The translations under genes and the position numbers were made by a program. Under the pieces are notes generated by a model that saw nothing but the letters and a program-made list of their open reading frames with translations, made no database searches and was not told the DNA's origin. Shown one piece after another: positions 9,497 through 19,315 of a stretch of 64,000 nt of DNA. Source of the DNA: Anaerolineaceae bacterium (GTDB lineage: Bacteria > Chloroflexota > Anaerolineae > Anaerolineales > Anaerolineaceae); assembly GCA_040770225.1 (NCBI GenBank), contig JAXGJN010000004.1, positions 34,919-98,918 on the forward strand, in the 5' to 3' direction. Position 1 is the stretch's first letter. Each line of letters begins with the position of its first letter.

Positions 9497-10906
9497 TTAT
9501 GCCTTATACCACATATCCAATTCTGCCTCTGAGAGTCGAATCAGCTCCGTACGCGGAAGAATTGAAAGTAAATCCCATGCCATATCCAGGCTGGTTTCCA
9601 TATCGCGGTTTTCATTTGATCGTTGTTTTAAAAACTCGTTTTCAAAAGATTTCCCAAATTTCAAATATTGTCTGTCCAATTCTGGCAATTCATCTTCCCC
9701 TATTACTGAAGCCAGCGAACGCACGTCCTGAACACGGGCATATGCTGCATAAAGTTGTGAAGACAAATGTGGATGATCAGCTCGGCTTTTCCCTTCGCCA
9801 ATACCATCTTTCATCAATCGACTCAATGAAGGCATCACACTGATTGGAGGATAGATATCCTGCTGGAAAAGACTTCTGGACAGTACGATCTGACCTTCCG
9901 TAATGTAGCCAGAAATATCTGGGATAGGGTGAGTGATATCATCGTTGGGCATCGTCAAGATAGGTATCTGCGTTATTGAACCTTTACTCGTCTTAATCCG
10001 TCCAGTTCTTTCGTATAAAGATGCCATATTGCTATACATATATCCGGGATAGCCTTTTCGTGCAGGCACTTCCCCGCGCTTATTGGATATTTGTCGTAAC
10101 GCTTCAGCATAGTTGGTCATATCAAGCATCACAACAAGCACATGGTGATTGCATTCAAATGCAAGATATTCAGCAAGAGTCAAGGCTGTTCGAGGTGTTA
10201 TTAATCTTTCAATGGTCGGATCATCAGCCAGATTGAGAAACATAGCAACTCGATTCAACGCTCCGCTGCGTAGAAATTCTTCTCGAAAAAATTCGGCTAC
10301 ATCATGTTTCACACCCATAGCTGCAAAAACAATACTGAATTCCGACTGACTTGCTTGTTTTGATCCAGCAATCTGACCAATTTGAGCTTGTCTGACTATC
10401 TGAGCAGCCAATTGATCGTGAGGCAGCCCTGCGCCTGAAAAAACTGGTAGTTTCTGCCCCATAATCAGTGTGTTCATCACATCAAGGACCGAAACGCCTG
10501 TTTGCAAGTAATCCTCTGGATACACCCGAGAAGCGGGATTGATTATCTGACCATTGATATCCATAAATTTTTGGGCTATTGGCAAAGGATAATTGTCGAT
10601 GGGTTCAGCAAAACTATTGAAAACCCGACCAAGCATCTCCCTGGAAACTGGGACTCGTAATGGTTGCCCCGTGAAACGCACGGTAGTGCCTTCTGCAGAT
10701 AGTCCTCCAGTACCCGAAAAAACTTCCACAACCGCGAATTTTTCATCAGCTTCCAAGACATTACCAAGACGTTTTACGCCGTCCTGCCCGGTTATCTCAA
10801 CAATTTCGTCATACATAACTTGTCCGACACCTTCAATGACCAGCAGGGGACCTTCAAGGCTAGTGATACCCTTGACCTCAATACCCCCAGTATTCAATGA
10901 ACTCAT
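9497..10906 (-). CDS. atpB: V-type ATP synthase subunit B
   Basis: 469 aa, SGAGLPHDQLAAQI degenerate P-loop typical of non-catalytic B. Confidence 0.95.
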   Translation of the reverse strand: MSSLNTGGIEVKGITSLEGPLLVIEGVGQVMYDEIVEITGQDGVKRLGNVLEADEKFAVVEVFSGTGGLSAEGTTVRFTGQPLRVPVSREMLGRVFNSFAEPIDNYPLPIAQKFMDINGQIINPASRVYPEDYLQTGVSVLDVMNTLIMGQKLPVFSGAGLPHDQLAAQIVRQAQIGQIAGSKQASQSEFSIVFAAMGVKHDVAEFFREEFLRSGALNRVAMFLNLADDPTIERLITPRTALTLAEYLAFECNHHVLVVMLDMTNYAEALRQISNKRGEVPARKGYPGYMYSNMASLYERTGRIKTSKGSITQIPILTMPNDDITHPIPDISGYITEGQIVLSRSLFQQDIYPPISVMPSLSRLMKDGIGEGKSRADHPHLSSQLYAAYARVQDVRSLASVIGEDELPELDRQYLKFGKSFENEFLKQRSNENRDMETSLDMAWDLLSILPRTELIRLSEAELDMWYKA

Positions 10907-12669
10907 AGATACTTCTCCTCTAATAAAGCCAACTGTTCATCCAGCTCTGTAAAAAGGATGTCAAACTTCCCAAGTTGATCATTACTTATTTCATTTTTCA
11001 TTGTCAAAAGGCTGTGTATGACAGGAAGATTGTAAAATCCCTCAATGATAGCCCCACGTTTAATGATTTTTTCTGCTTGTTCGTGGAAATGTAAGATAAT
11101 TGCCAGCATCCTGATTTGTTTTTGGGGTGAGGAATATGTATCGATTTCATCCAAGGCATTTTGTTGTAGAAAACCAGTTGTCAACAAATCAGCAGTCAAG
11201 AGTATAAGACGTTGTTCATCAGGTAAGGCATCTGGACCAACCAGACGGACGATTTGATTAAGATGATCCTGCTCCGTCAGAATCTTCATCGCCCGGGCAC
11301 GCAGACTGCGCCAATCGAACCCTGTTTCGTTCTGCCACCAATTAGAGACGGATGAGATGTATTCACTATGAGAGCTAAGCCAGTTAATCGATGGAAAGTG
11401 ACGGGCAGACGCTAATGTTTTATCTAATGCCCAAAAGATTCTTGTATATTGTCGGGTAAGTTGTGTCACAGGTTCAGAGAAATCACCTCCAGGTGGAGAG
11501 ACTGCACCAATGATGCTTACCGAACCTTCACGACCACTCAATGTTTTTACTCTTCCGGCACGCTCATAGAATTCAGCCAACCGGGAACTGAGATAGGCTG
11601 GGAAGCCTTCCTGTGCCGGCATTTCTTGTAAACGTCCGGATATTTCTCGCATAGCTTCAGCCCAACGGGAAGTTGAATCTGCCATTAATGCCACATCATA
11701 GCCCATATCGCGGTAGTATTCTGCTATCGTGATCCCAGTATAGATGCTTGCATCACGAGCTGCTACTTGCATATTTGAAGTATTTGCAATGATTACAGTT
11801 CGTTCAATCAAAGGGTGTCCGTTTCGAGGATCGATTAGATTAGGAAATTCTTGTAAAACTTGAGTAATTTCATTACCACGTTCCCCACAACCGATATATA
11901 CAACAATATCAGCATCAGACCATTTCGCAATTTGGTGTTGGGTAACTGTTTTCCCTGTGCCAAACCCACCCGGTATAGCAGCTGTACCTCCCTTGACCAT
12001 TGGAAAGAAACTATCAAGAACTCGTTGTCCTGTTACAAGAGGTTCATTCTTCTGTAGTTGTTCAACCAAGGGACGGGCTTGTCTCACCGGCCAGCGTTGC
12101 AACATTGTAACTTCAACCTCTGCAGTGTCCGTTTTAATTCTGGCAATTGGCTCCAGAATTGTGTAGTCGCCTTCATTAGCTAACCACGTTAACTCTCCTT
12201 TTATCCCTATCGGTACTAACACACGGTGAACGATTAAATCTGTCTCTGGCACTGAGCCCAAATCGAAACCTGACCCAACAAAATTGCCCGATTGAGTGCC
12301 GGGCGTAAAATGCCATTTCTTTTCCCTGTTTAATGGTGGAATTACCATGCCGGGTCCAATGAATGATCCATATATTGCTTCGGCTGCAGGTAGAGGACGT
12401 TGTATACCATCAAAAATCCCGGATAACAAACCCGGACCTAATTCAACTGAAAGAGGAGCTCCTGTACCATAGACTGGTGCCCCTGGCTTCATGCCTGATG
12501 TTTCTTCAAAAACCTGTAGAGTTAATTCGTTTTGGTTGATTCCGATTACTTCACCAACAAGACGGTCTTCACCAATACCAACCAACTCCTCCATGAGGAT
12601 GTTTTTTTCTCCCCTGGCATGCAGGACGGGACCATTGATTGAGGTAACAATCGCTATGGGTTTATCCAT
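10903..12669 (-). CDS. atpA: V-type ATP synthase catalytic subunit A
   Basis: 588 aa, P-loop GGFGTGKTV, GCGERGNE. Confidence 0.95.
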   Translation of the reverse strand: MDKPIAIVTSINGPVLHARGEKNILMEELVGIGEDRLVGEVIGINQNELTLQVFEETSGMKPGAPVYGTGAPLSVELGPGLLSGIFDGIQRPLPAAEAIYGSFIGPGMVIPPLNREKKWHFTPGTQSGNFVGSGFDLGSVPETDLIVHRVLVPIGIKGELTWLANEGDYTILEPIARIKTDTAEVEVTMLQRWPVRQARPLVEQLQKNEPLVTGQRVLDSFFPMVKGGTAAIPGGFGTGKTVTQHQIAKWSDADIVVYIGCGERGNEITQVLQEFPNLIDPRNGHPLIERTVIIANTSNMQVAARDASIYTGITIAEYYRDMGYDVALMADSTSRWAEAMREISGRLQEMPAQEGFPAYLSSRLAEFYERAGRVKTLSGREGSVSIIGAVSPPGGDFSEPVTQLTRQYTRIFWALDKTLASARHFPSINWLSSHSEYISSVSNWWQNETGFDWRSLRARAMKILTEQDHLNQIVRLVGPDALPDEQRLILLTADLLTTGFLQQNALDEIDTYSSPQKQIRMLAIILHFHEQAEKIIKRGAIIEGFYNLPVIHSLLTMKNEISNDQLGKFDILFTELDEQLALLEEKYL

Positions 12670-13300
12670 TATTCACCTCAAATAGCCATTCAGAAGCAAG
12701 AGCTCGCAAAGGAGGTTTTTTACGTTCTAATCTAGCTTCGAGGGTATTTTCAAAACTTAGACGACCATCGACACTTTCAGCAATAACACCATGATGTTTA
12801 GTTAAAATTTCGCCTCGTCGTAAACTAATCCCTGTTGTTTCCGCAATATCCATTAATTGCCGATCATCAATCAATTGATCGCTATGCTTATCAAACCTCA
12901 AGATAACTTGATCGATTTGAATCTTTTCTATTGCTTCTGTTACAATCTTCGGTAATGCGCTTAAATATTCTTTTGTAAGAACAAAGTTTTGAAATTCTTG
13001 CTCCACGCGCTGGAAGACTTGATCAAGCAGTTCCTCACGTTTTTGTAACCAATCAAGTTTTTGCTTACGTTGAAACTCTGCTCTTGCCTCAATTATTGCT
13101 TGCTCGGCTTTTATTTTCATTTCATCCACAATTTTCTTTTGGATGTGCTGGATTTGATCGTAACCCTGTTCCAGTTCTTTCTCAATTTCTTCTTTTGATT
13201 GTCTCTGAAGTATTGAAACATCGTTTGAACTGACATTCTGGATGTATGCGCTCAAGGTGTCTACCTGTCTCGAAAGGCTTAAATTGTTATTTTGATTCAT
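12662..13300 (-). CDS. atpE: V-type ATP synthase subunit E
   Basis: 212 aa, long charged N-terminal helix plus globular C-terminus, position before A. Confidence 0.7.
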   Translation of the reverse strand: MNQNNNLSLSRQVDTLSAYIQNVSSNDVSILQRQSKEEIEKELEQGYDQIQHIQKKIVDEMKIKAEQAIIEARAEFQRKQKLDWLQKREELLDQVFQRVEQEFQNFVLTKEYLSALPKIVTEAIEKIQIDQVILRFDKHSDQLIDDRQLMDIAETTGISLRRGEILTKHHGVIAESVDGRLSFENTLEARLERKKPPLRALASEWLFEVNNG

Positions 13301-13313
13301 ATGGCTTCCCTAT

Positions 13314-13619
13314 CTAGCTCTTTACTCCAACCGCATCGTTGACAATATCCCTAAGAGAACTTAAATCTGCTGGATCTGGATTTCGACCTGGAATTTCCAC
13401 AAATAAAGGCTTTTCGCTATGTAAGATCAGTTCTGAAAACTGTACTTTAGCTAGCTTAACCGCATCACTTGTAACTAGAACAATTCCAAGATCGGGATAG
13501 TTTATAGCTTCTTCGAAGGCCGCCTGTACTTGCTGAGTACTTTCAGCAATCCAACCACGAATCCCAGCCAGTTGGAATCCCTGGACAGCTAGACTATTAC
13601 CAATTATTCGGACTTTCAT
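13314..13619 (-). CDS. atpF: V-type ATP synthase subunit F
   Basis: 101 aa, MKVRIIGNSLAVQGFQLAGI. Confidence 0.75.
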   Translation of the reverse strand: MKVRIIGNSLAVQGFQLAGIRGWIAESTQQVQAAFEEAINYPDLGIVLVTSDAVKLAKVQFSELILHSEKPLFVEIPGRNPDPADLSSLRDIVNDAVGVKS

Positions 13620-13622
13620 TGT

Positions 13623-14069
13623 TTATCTATTCAATATTAGAAAGGAAATCAACATTCCGTAAATAGCAATTCCTTCAGCCAAACCCACAAAAATCAGCGA
13701 TTGTCCAAACAGTTCCGGTTTCTCTGAGATTGCGCCGATAGCTGCTGAGCCAGTGTTAGACACAGCAAAACCCGCAGCAATTGCCGCTAAACCGGTTGAG
13801 AGCGCGGCGCCAATGGAAGCGTAGGAATCTGCACCAGTTGCGACCTGTATCGACTGAGCAGCCTCAACTTTTTGAGGTGTCATCAACCATATCACGCCAA
13901 GTGATACCGCAATAAATCCGATTAAAACGTTAGCGCCACTAAGACCCAAAAACAATTTCTTACTTGCTCCTATTAAGTCTGCACGACGTTTACGATGAAA
14001 GAAAATTACTGCAGGAATCAATGGAATCAATCCTATGAGTAACAACGAAAAATAGAGAAGTTTTGTCAT
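13623..14069 (-). CDS. atpK: V-type ATP synthase proteolipid subunit K with non-proteolipid N-terminal extension
   Basis: C-terminal hairpin GAALSTGLAAIAAGFAV...GLAEGIAIYG with one carboxylate; first ~60 aa are two unrelated TM helices. Confidence 0.8.
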   Translation of the reverse strand: MTKLLYFSLLLIGLIPLIPAVIFFHRKRRADLIGASKKLFLGLSGANVLIGFIAVSLGVIWLMTPQKVEAAQSIQVATGADSYASIGAALSTGLAAIAAGFAVSNTGSAAIGAISEKPELFGQSLIFVGLAEGIAIYGMLISFLILNR

Positions 14070-14083
14070 TTTTTGCTCCTTGG

Positions 14084-16039
14084 TTATTTATCTGAAATAT
14101 GCAGCGGTTGGTAACGAATACCTCCACCGCGGAAAAATTTACTGAAAAATTCATAGTATTCAAGTCTGAGTGTTTGAATACTTACTATCATTCCTTCAAA
14201 ACCGATAATGAATAGATTTCCCAAAACAATAACTACCCAATAACCTGCGCCATGGACAGGACTGACCATCTCCGCCAGGATCATCACCACCTGGCTTAAA
14301 CCGGCATGAGCCACAGCAAATGCACCAACACGTACATAAGAAAGGGAATTGGAAAGATAGCTGATAAAGATTTCAAACAATTCGAAAAATGCTGTAATAA
14401 AATAGAGAAGAAAACCACCTTTAAATAGGGGTCTTTTTTCATGAAAAAGATGGTCCAAAAACTCTGCAGACATCATCATCAATACACAAACAATGATTAA
14501 TATTATCAGGACAAGTTTTGGAATTGGAAATGCAGGCAGAACCATAGATAAGATAAAGCCAATCAAAGCCCAATACAACAATAATCCAGCAATACCTTTT
14601 CCACTGAAAATCATTCCAACCCAATCCTTGCGGATTACCAAATTTACGATGGCAAGGATGTCAGCTAATGTCAGAAGAATGGCTCCTGCTGCCAGAGTTG
14701 TAATTAGCAATCTCATTATGTCGTGTAAAGGGGAAATCCATATAGGATCAAACACCCCTTCGAAACCAAACACACTTCCATAGAGGACACCAAAGATCAT
14801 CGACGCCACACCACAGGCAGTAAGGACCCAACCAAAATTTGCCAAACCTATGAGTTTTTTGACTTTGCGACTGCTAAGAAGCAACCCCGCAACGGCTAAA
14901 ACAGCGCCCTGCCCAAGATCACCAAACATGGCACCAAATAAAAGAGGAAAGGTAAATGTTACAAGAAGAGTTGGATCGATTTCTTTATACCAGGGAGTTG
15001 AATAAATTGTCACAAGTTTGTGAAACCCGCGCAGCTGCTTGGGAAATTCCAGAGCTACTGGAGGGGTGGTGTTTACGTCCAGTTCATTCTCCGATTTTAC
15101 AGTCTCCAAAACATCTGGACTGATGTTAGAAAGTAAATCAAGAAATTCATCTTGCTTCTTAGCTGGAACCCAACCTGCCACTAAGAAACTGTGTCGAAGA
15201 TGCCCGTAATAGGAAATAATATCGTATAGCTTGCTACTATATTGAACCTGAGAATACCATTTTTTCAAGCGACTGGCATTTTTTGTTTGCAGAGCGATTT
15301 TCTGCTGTTCGAGTAGAGCTAAATTTTCATTTAATTGCTCTAATTCCAGCTCGTTTGATTTAATTATCTCTGGCAATGAGCCTTTTGCATCATCAGGAAT
15401 ATCCAAAGCTTCTACGTAGGCACTTCTTGCGGTGAGGATCATAAAATCGCGTTGATTACGTGGACCGAGCAATAGAACCTGAGTCTTTTTGTTTGATTGC
15501 TGTTCTTCCAGTAAGACATAAGGAATCTGGGAAAGGCTTTCCCTAAACCGATCGATTCGATTAGTTGGCATAATGCCTAGAATTGAGTAAAGGTATCTTC
15601 TATTGCGTAAAGCGCTTAGATCATATTCCAAGTCCTTGAATGGTTGTAACAGTGTGAGAGCGCCTTGTTTCTCCTCAATTCTTTTTCGAATTTCTTCAGT
15701 TTCGAGAGAAAGTCTATGTACCTCATCTTTGATTATCTCAAGCCTGTTGTTAACCTTGTCTGGGTTCTCGATCATCTCAAGATCTCCAGGAACATCGTCA
15801 GAGATTGGTATATCCAGTTTGGTCATCGTTGTTGTCAAATCTGCTTTCAAGCCTGACAATTTAGATCCTGTTTCGAACAAGTCACCATCCTCTGATGGAT
15901 CCTTGCGGTTGTCAATGGTGGATATATCTTCAGGTTGAAAGTAACCGATTTGTGCGATTATCTTGGTAACTTCGTATATGTAACGCCGGGGAAAATCTAT
16001 TTCTACCCGAACCATTTTTTCAGGTTTAAAAAGTGGCAT
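14084..16039 (-). CDS. atpI: V-type ATP synthase subunit I
   Basis: 651 aa, cytoplasmic coiled-coil half plus multi-TM half with conserved LRLEYYEF-type Arg helix. Confidence 0.85.
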   Translation of the reverse strand: MPLFKPEKMVRVEIDFPRRYIYEVTKIIAQIGYFQPEDISTIDNRKDPSEDGDLFETGSKLSGLKADLTTTMTKLDIPISDDVPGDLEMIENPDKVNNRLEIIKDEVHRLSLETEEIRKRIEEKQGALTLLQPFKDLEYDLSALRNRRYLYSILGIMPTNRIDRFRESLSQIPYVLLEEQQSNKKTQVLLLGPRNQRDFMILTARSAYVEALDIPDDAKGSLPEIIKSNELELEQLNENLALLEQQKIALQTKNASRLKKWYSQVQYSSKLYDIISYYGHLRHSFLVAGWVPAKKQDEFLDLLSNISPDVLETVKSENELDVNTTPPVALEFPKQLRGFHKLVTIYSTPWYKEIDPTLLVTFTFPLLFGAMFGDLGQGAVLAVAGLLLSSRKVKKLIGLANFGWVLTACGVASMIFGVLYGSVFGFEGVFDPIWISPLHDIMRLLITTLAAGAILLTLADILAIVNLVIRKDWVGMIFSGKGIAGLLLYWALIGFILSMVLPAFPIPKLVLIILIIVCVLMMMSAEFLDHLFHEKRPLFKGGFLLYFITAFFELFEIFISYLSNSLSYVRVGAFAVAHAGLSQVVMILAEMVSPVHGAGYWVVIVLGNLFIIGFEGMIVSIQTLRLEYYEFFSKFFRGGGIRYQPLHISDK

Positions 16040-16056
16040 GTTTCGTGATCTCGCTT

Positions 16057-17118
16057 TCAGTTATAACCTTGATTTATCAGATACGGTTGATAGTTTTCGG
16101 AAGTTACGCCTGATGCTTTTGCTTCTATCAGTAAGACCAGATCTTGAATTTCATATTCAAGTATCAAAATATAAGCTAAAGCTGGTGCTAAGGAGAAAGG
16201 TTGGGCGGAAAAAGTTGAGCTACAAACCCGGGCTATTTCACGAGTAAGTTCAATTTCCCAAAGGCTCAATTGTTGACCCTCACCTTGAGCTGAAGAAACT
16301 TTTCCAGTCAAATTAGGGTAAATTTCGCCGATAACTTCCGCTAAGCGTTTTCCTTGTGCGACCTGCCGAATGATACTGTCATTAACTTTAGTTCCAATTC
16401 CTAAAGTGTAGTTAATAATTTCAGATTCAGTTAAATGATAGAAAAATCTGTAACGAGCTGCCCAAATCAGATCATTGCGCTCAATAATTCTCGTAATGAT
16501 AGGTCGCACGGCTTTCTGGTCAATATCGGGCAAATTCTCAATTTCATCCCAAACCTTCTGCCAATACTCCAAATCTAAGAGCACCTCAATTGGAAAAAGA
16601 GTCTCTTCCAGCAAAAAACGATGTTTGGCAGTCATGAGGGTAGTATAGTATTTGCTGTCTTTTATCATCAAAATTGCATTATCGATCGATCCGCTCGCGA
16701 CCATTAGTTCAAAGGGTAAACTCTTATATTTTCCCATTGGAACAAGCAAATGCTTAATAGTATTCCAATCACCCGAAAAATTAATTCCACGCAAAACGGT
16801 CTTTAAATTAATAAGCTCATACCAACTAAAAATTAGGTCAATAAAATACTGGCTTCTTTGTGGTAGATTATCACGAATTATTTCAAATTTTTCCGGAACA
16901 CGTTGACGAATTTTCCATATCAGTTTTCTTGGAGTTACTGTTTGAGGATCAATTCCAACCAGATATTTTGAATAAATACTTTCTTGTAGCTGCAGAACAA
17001 TTGATCTTGTATCATGACATAATATAAGTTTGGCATAAGTAGCAGAAGTCAGCAATTGGGCTTTTGATACTCTGACTTTAACATTTGCAACTCCGTAAGA
17101 ACTTGCGCCTGCCATCAA
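16057..17118 (-). CDS. atpC: V-type ATP synthase subunit C (eukaryotic d-like)
   Basis: 353 aa all-helical, YGVANVKVRVSKAQLL start typical of subunit C. Confidence 0.75.
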   Translation of the reverse strand: MMAGASSYGVANVKVRVSKAQLLTSATYAKLILCHDTRSIVLQLQESIYSKYLVGIDPQTVTPRKLIWKIRQRVPEKFEIIRDNLPQRSQYFIDLIFSWYELINLKTVLRGINFSGDWNTIKHLLVPMGKYKSLPFELMVASGSIDNAILMIKDSKYYTTLMTAKHRFLLEETLFPIEVLLDLEYWQKVWDEIENLPDIDQKAVRPIITRIIERNDLIWAARYRFFYHLTESEIINYTLGIGTKVNDSIIRQVAQGKRLAEVIGEIYPNLTGKVSSAQGEGQQLSLWEIELTREIARVCSSTFSAQPFSLAPALAYILILEYEIQDLVLLIEAKASGVTSENYQPYLINQGYN

Positions 17119-17124
17119 TATTAA

Positions 17125-17436
17125 TTACCCTTCTATCAATGCCAGAAGCAACTTTTTTGCAACCTCGTCTGTTTTTTTATTAGCATTAATGAGGACACCC
17201 TCGATTTCACTTTGTTCATTCATTGTGGTAATTTCTTGGTTTATCTTTTCCTGAGCAGTATTCCATATCTGTTCTGCTTCGGATTTGGCTTTTACTTCTG
17301 CTTGTTCAATTCTAGCTTTAAGTTCTTTTTGAGCCGAGGAACTGGTTTGTTGAGCTTCTGAATATGCTTTTTCGTATGCCTGTGTTGCAAGATCTACCTC
17401 ATTCAGTATTCGGTTAAGTGCTTCACGATTTTCCAT
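17125..17436 (-). CDS. V-type ATP synthase subunit G/H-like coiled-coil stalk protein
   Basis: 103 aa, E/K/Q/A-rich single helix, first gene of operon. Confidence 0.5.
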   Translation of the reverse strand: MENREALNRILNEVDLATQAYEKAYSEAQQTSSSAQKELKARIEQAEVKAKSEAEQIWNTAQEKINQEITTMNEQSEIEGVLINANKKTDEVAKKLLLALIEG

Positions 17437-17617
17437 TTATCCACTTGTATCCTATCTAGTCTCTCCTCTGACGTAAAACAGCCAGAATCACATAATATGC
17501 CAGCAAAAGCGGGAAAATAACAACTAGTATAAGTAAAAATTTTATGATTATTTTACTACTTATTTATTTGCCAAAAGCAAAACCAGTAATCCGTTTTATT
17601 TCTGCTCGTTTTTTCCC

Positions 17618-18160
17618 TCATAATCCGTCATCGGAATCACAAGATTCAAGATCTGGATACTTACCAGTAGCCTTGATGGTGGCGAATTCATCCTCCAGGA
17701 AAAAGTTCATTAAGAAACGTAATAGAATGATAATGATTAGAAACATTAGATCCGATGATGAAGGCGAAATAGCAAGGCGCAAAATATCTGAAGCTACTGC
17801 AAATTCCAGAGCCAGGCTAAGACGATGTCCCAAACGAAGTCTTAACCGTTCGGAGGATCGCAATTTTCTCGAATAACTCTTATCCACCAATCCCCGAAGG
17901 AAATTGTAAGTAACTTGAATAGCAGATATCCCTACGATCAATGTTGCAGCCGCTTCACAAATCAAAATTGCAAATCCGACCACAGTCTCTAGATCAGATT
18001 CATAAGGAATATTGATCGAAGGTTCGTTTACAGGATTAGTCCGAATGAAGTAAAGCAGGATAATAATTGCGATAATTAATATAAAGGGTAATAACCATTG
18101 CCCTACTTTCAGATGTATTGGGGAATTTCCACTATTTTCAGGTACCTTTGTCTCATCCAT
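17618..18160 (-). CDS. DUF1622-like membrane protein
   Basis: LRLRLGHRLSLALEFAVASDILR motif; AT-rich like the ATPase operon. Confidence 0.55.
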   Translation of the reverse strand: MDETKVPENSGNSPIHLKVGQWLLPFILIIAIIILLYFIRTNPVNEPSINIPYESDLETVVGFAILICEAAATLIVGISAIQVTYNFLRGLVDKSYSRKLRSSERLRLRLGHRLSLALEFAVASDILRLAISPSSSDLMFLIIIILLRFLMNFFLEDEFATIKATGKYPDLESCDSDDGL

Positions 18161-18178
18161 TTAAATTTCTCTCTTTTC

Positions 18179-19213
18179 CTAATTGTTAAGGTCAACCAAT
18201 TTTCCATTATCAACGGCCGACTGGAATATCGCGTCAATCACAGCCATATTTTTAACCGATTCTGCCAACGGGAATAATGCGATTTCTCTCCGGATCACTA
18301 CTTCGTAGAAATGCTCGATCATGTTCCTCAAAGTATCATCCGGGCGATAACTGACTTTCTGAACTTCTTCACCACGCTCGATTACCATCGAAACATTCTT
18401 GTCCTTCCCTGTAAATGGCCAATCCAGGCTCATCACGCCATCTGTACCAATGATCCTGGCTGAGTTCTGATAAGCGGCGTTGAGAGCCACTTCAAAGCTG
18501 CCGTAAATCTGGTTTCCAAAATCGAGTAATACTTGCATTTGCAGGTCAACTCCGGAACCACCCGCATGATACCTAGCTTGCACCGCTTCCGGCTCGCGAC
18601 CAACTACCATGCGCTGGAAATCGACACAATAACAACCCAGGTCATAAAGTGCCCCCCCACCCAGTGCAGGCACAAGCCGAAAGTCATCCGGATTGTCTAG
18701 CGGGAAGCTAAAACTGGAATGGATAAAGCGCACTTTTCCCAGCTCACCTTTTTTGATCGTCTCCAATGCCTTTTGAATACGCGGATGGTAGCGATAGCTG
18801 AAACCTTCCATTAATACCAGACTTTTTTCTACCGAGACTCCTACCATCTCCTGGGCTTCATCAGAATTGAGTGCAATGGGTTTTTCAACCAGGACATGTT
18901 TGCCAGCCTGAAGCGCTTTAATCGTCCAGGGTTTATGCTCATTATTGGTCAACGGGACATAGACAGCCTGGATCGTTGGATCAGCGATAAGCTCGTCATA
19001 ACTCCCATAAGCCACCGGTACTTGCAGTTTGTCAGCGAACTGACGGGCGCGGGTCAGGTCGCGACTGGAAACCGCGATCACATGGTTGTGCCTGGTTGCC
19101 TTAATAGCCGGGATCACTTGTTCAGAGATTCGGGCAGTACCGAGAACACCCCAGTTCATTTCCGGCTTTCGAAATAAATTGCCGGTACCTGTCTTTGATG
19201 ATAAGATATCCAT
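18179..19213 (-). CDS. Gfo/Idh/MocA-family NAD(P)-dependent oxidoreductase
   Basis: Rossmann start WGVLGTARIS, EKP motif VLVEKPIAL. Confidence 0.85.
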   Translation of the reverse strand: MDILSSKTGTGNLFRKPEMNWGVLGTARISEQVIPAIKATRHNHVIAVSSRDLTRARQFADKLQVPVAYGSYDELIADPTIQAVYVPLTNNEHKPWTIKALQAGKHVLVEKPIALNSDEAQEMVGVSVEKSLVLMEGFSYRYHPRIQKALETIKKGELGKVRFIHSSFSFPLDNPDDFRLVPALGGGALYDLGCYCVDFQRMVVGREPEAVQARYHAGGSGVDLQMQVLLDFGNQIYGSFEVALNAAYQNSARIIGTDGVMSLDWPFTGKDKNVSMVIERGEEVQKVSYRPDDTLRNMIEHFYEVVIRREIALFPLAESVKNMAVIDAIFQSAVDNGKLVDLNN

Positions 19214-19315
19214 ACTAACTCGCTTTCTTACTTGATAAATACAGGTGATTATTCTGAAATTATTATAATGCCTTCCTGGCGGGATACAGACCAGGTCTAA
19301 AAAAAAGGAGAAAGA

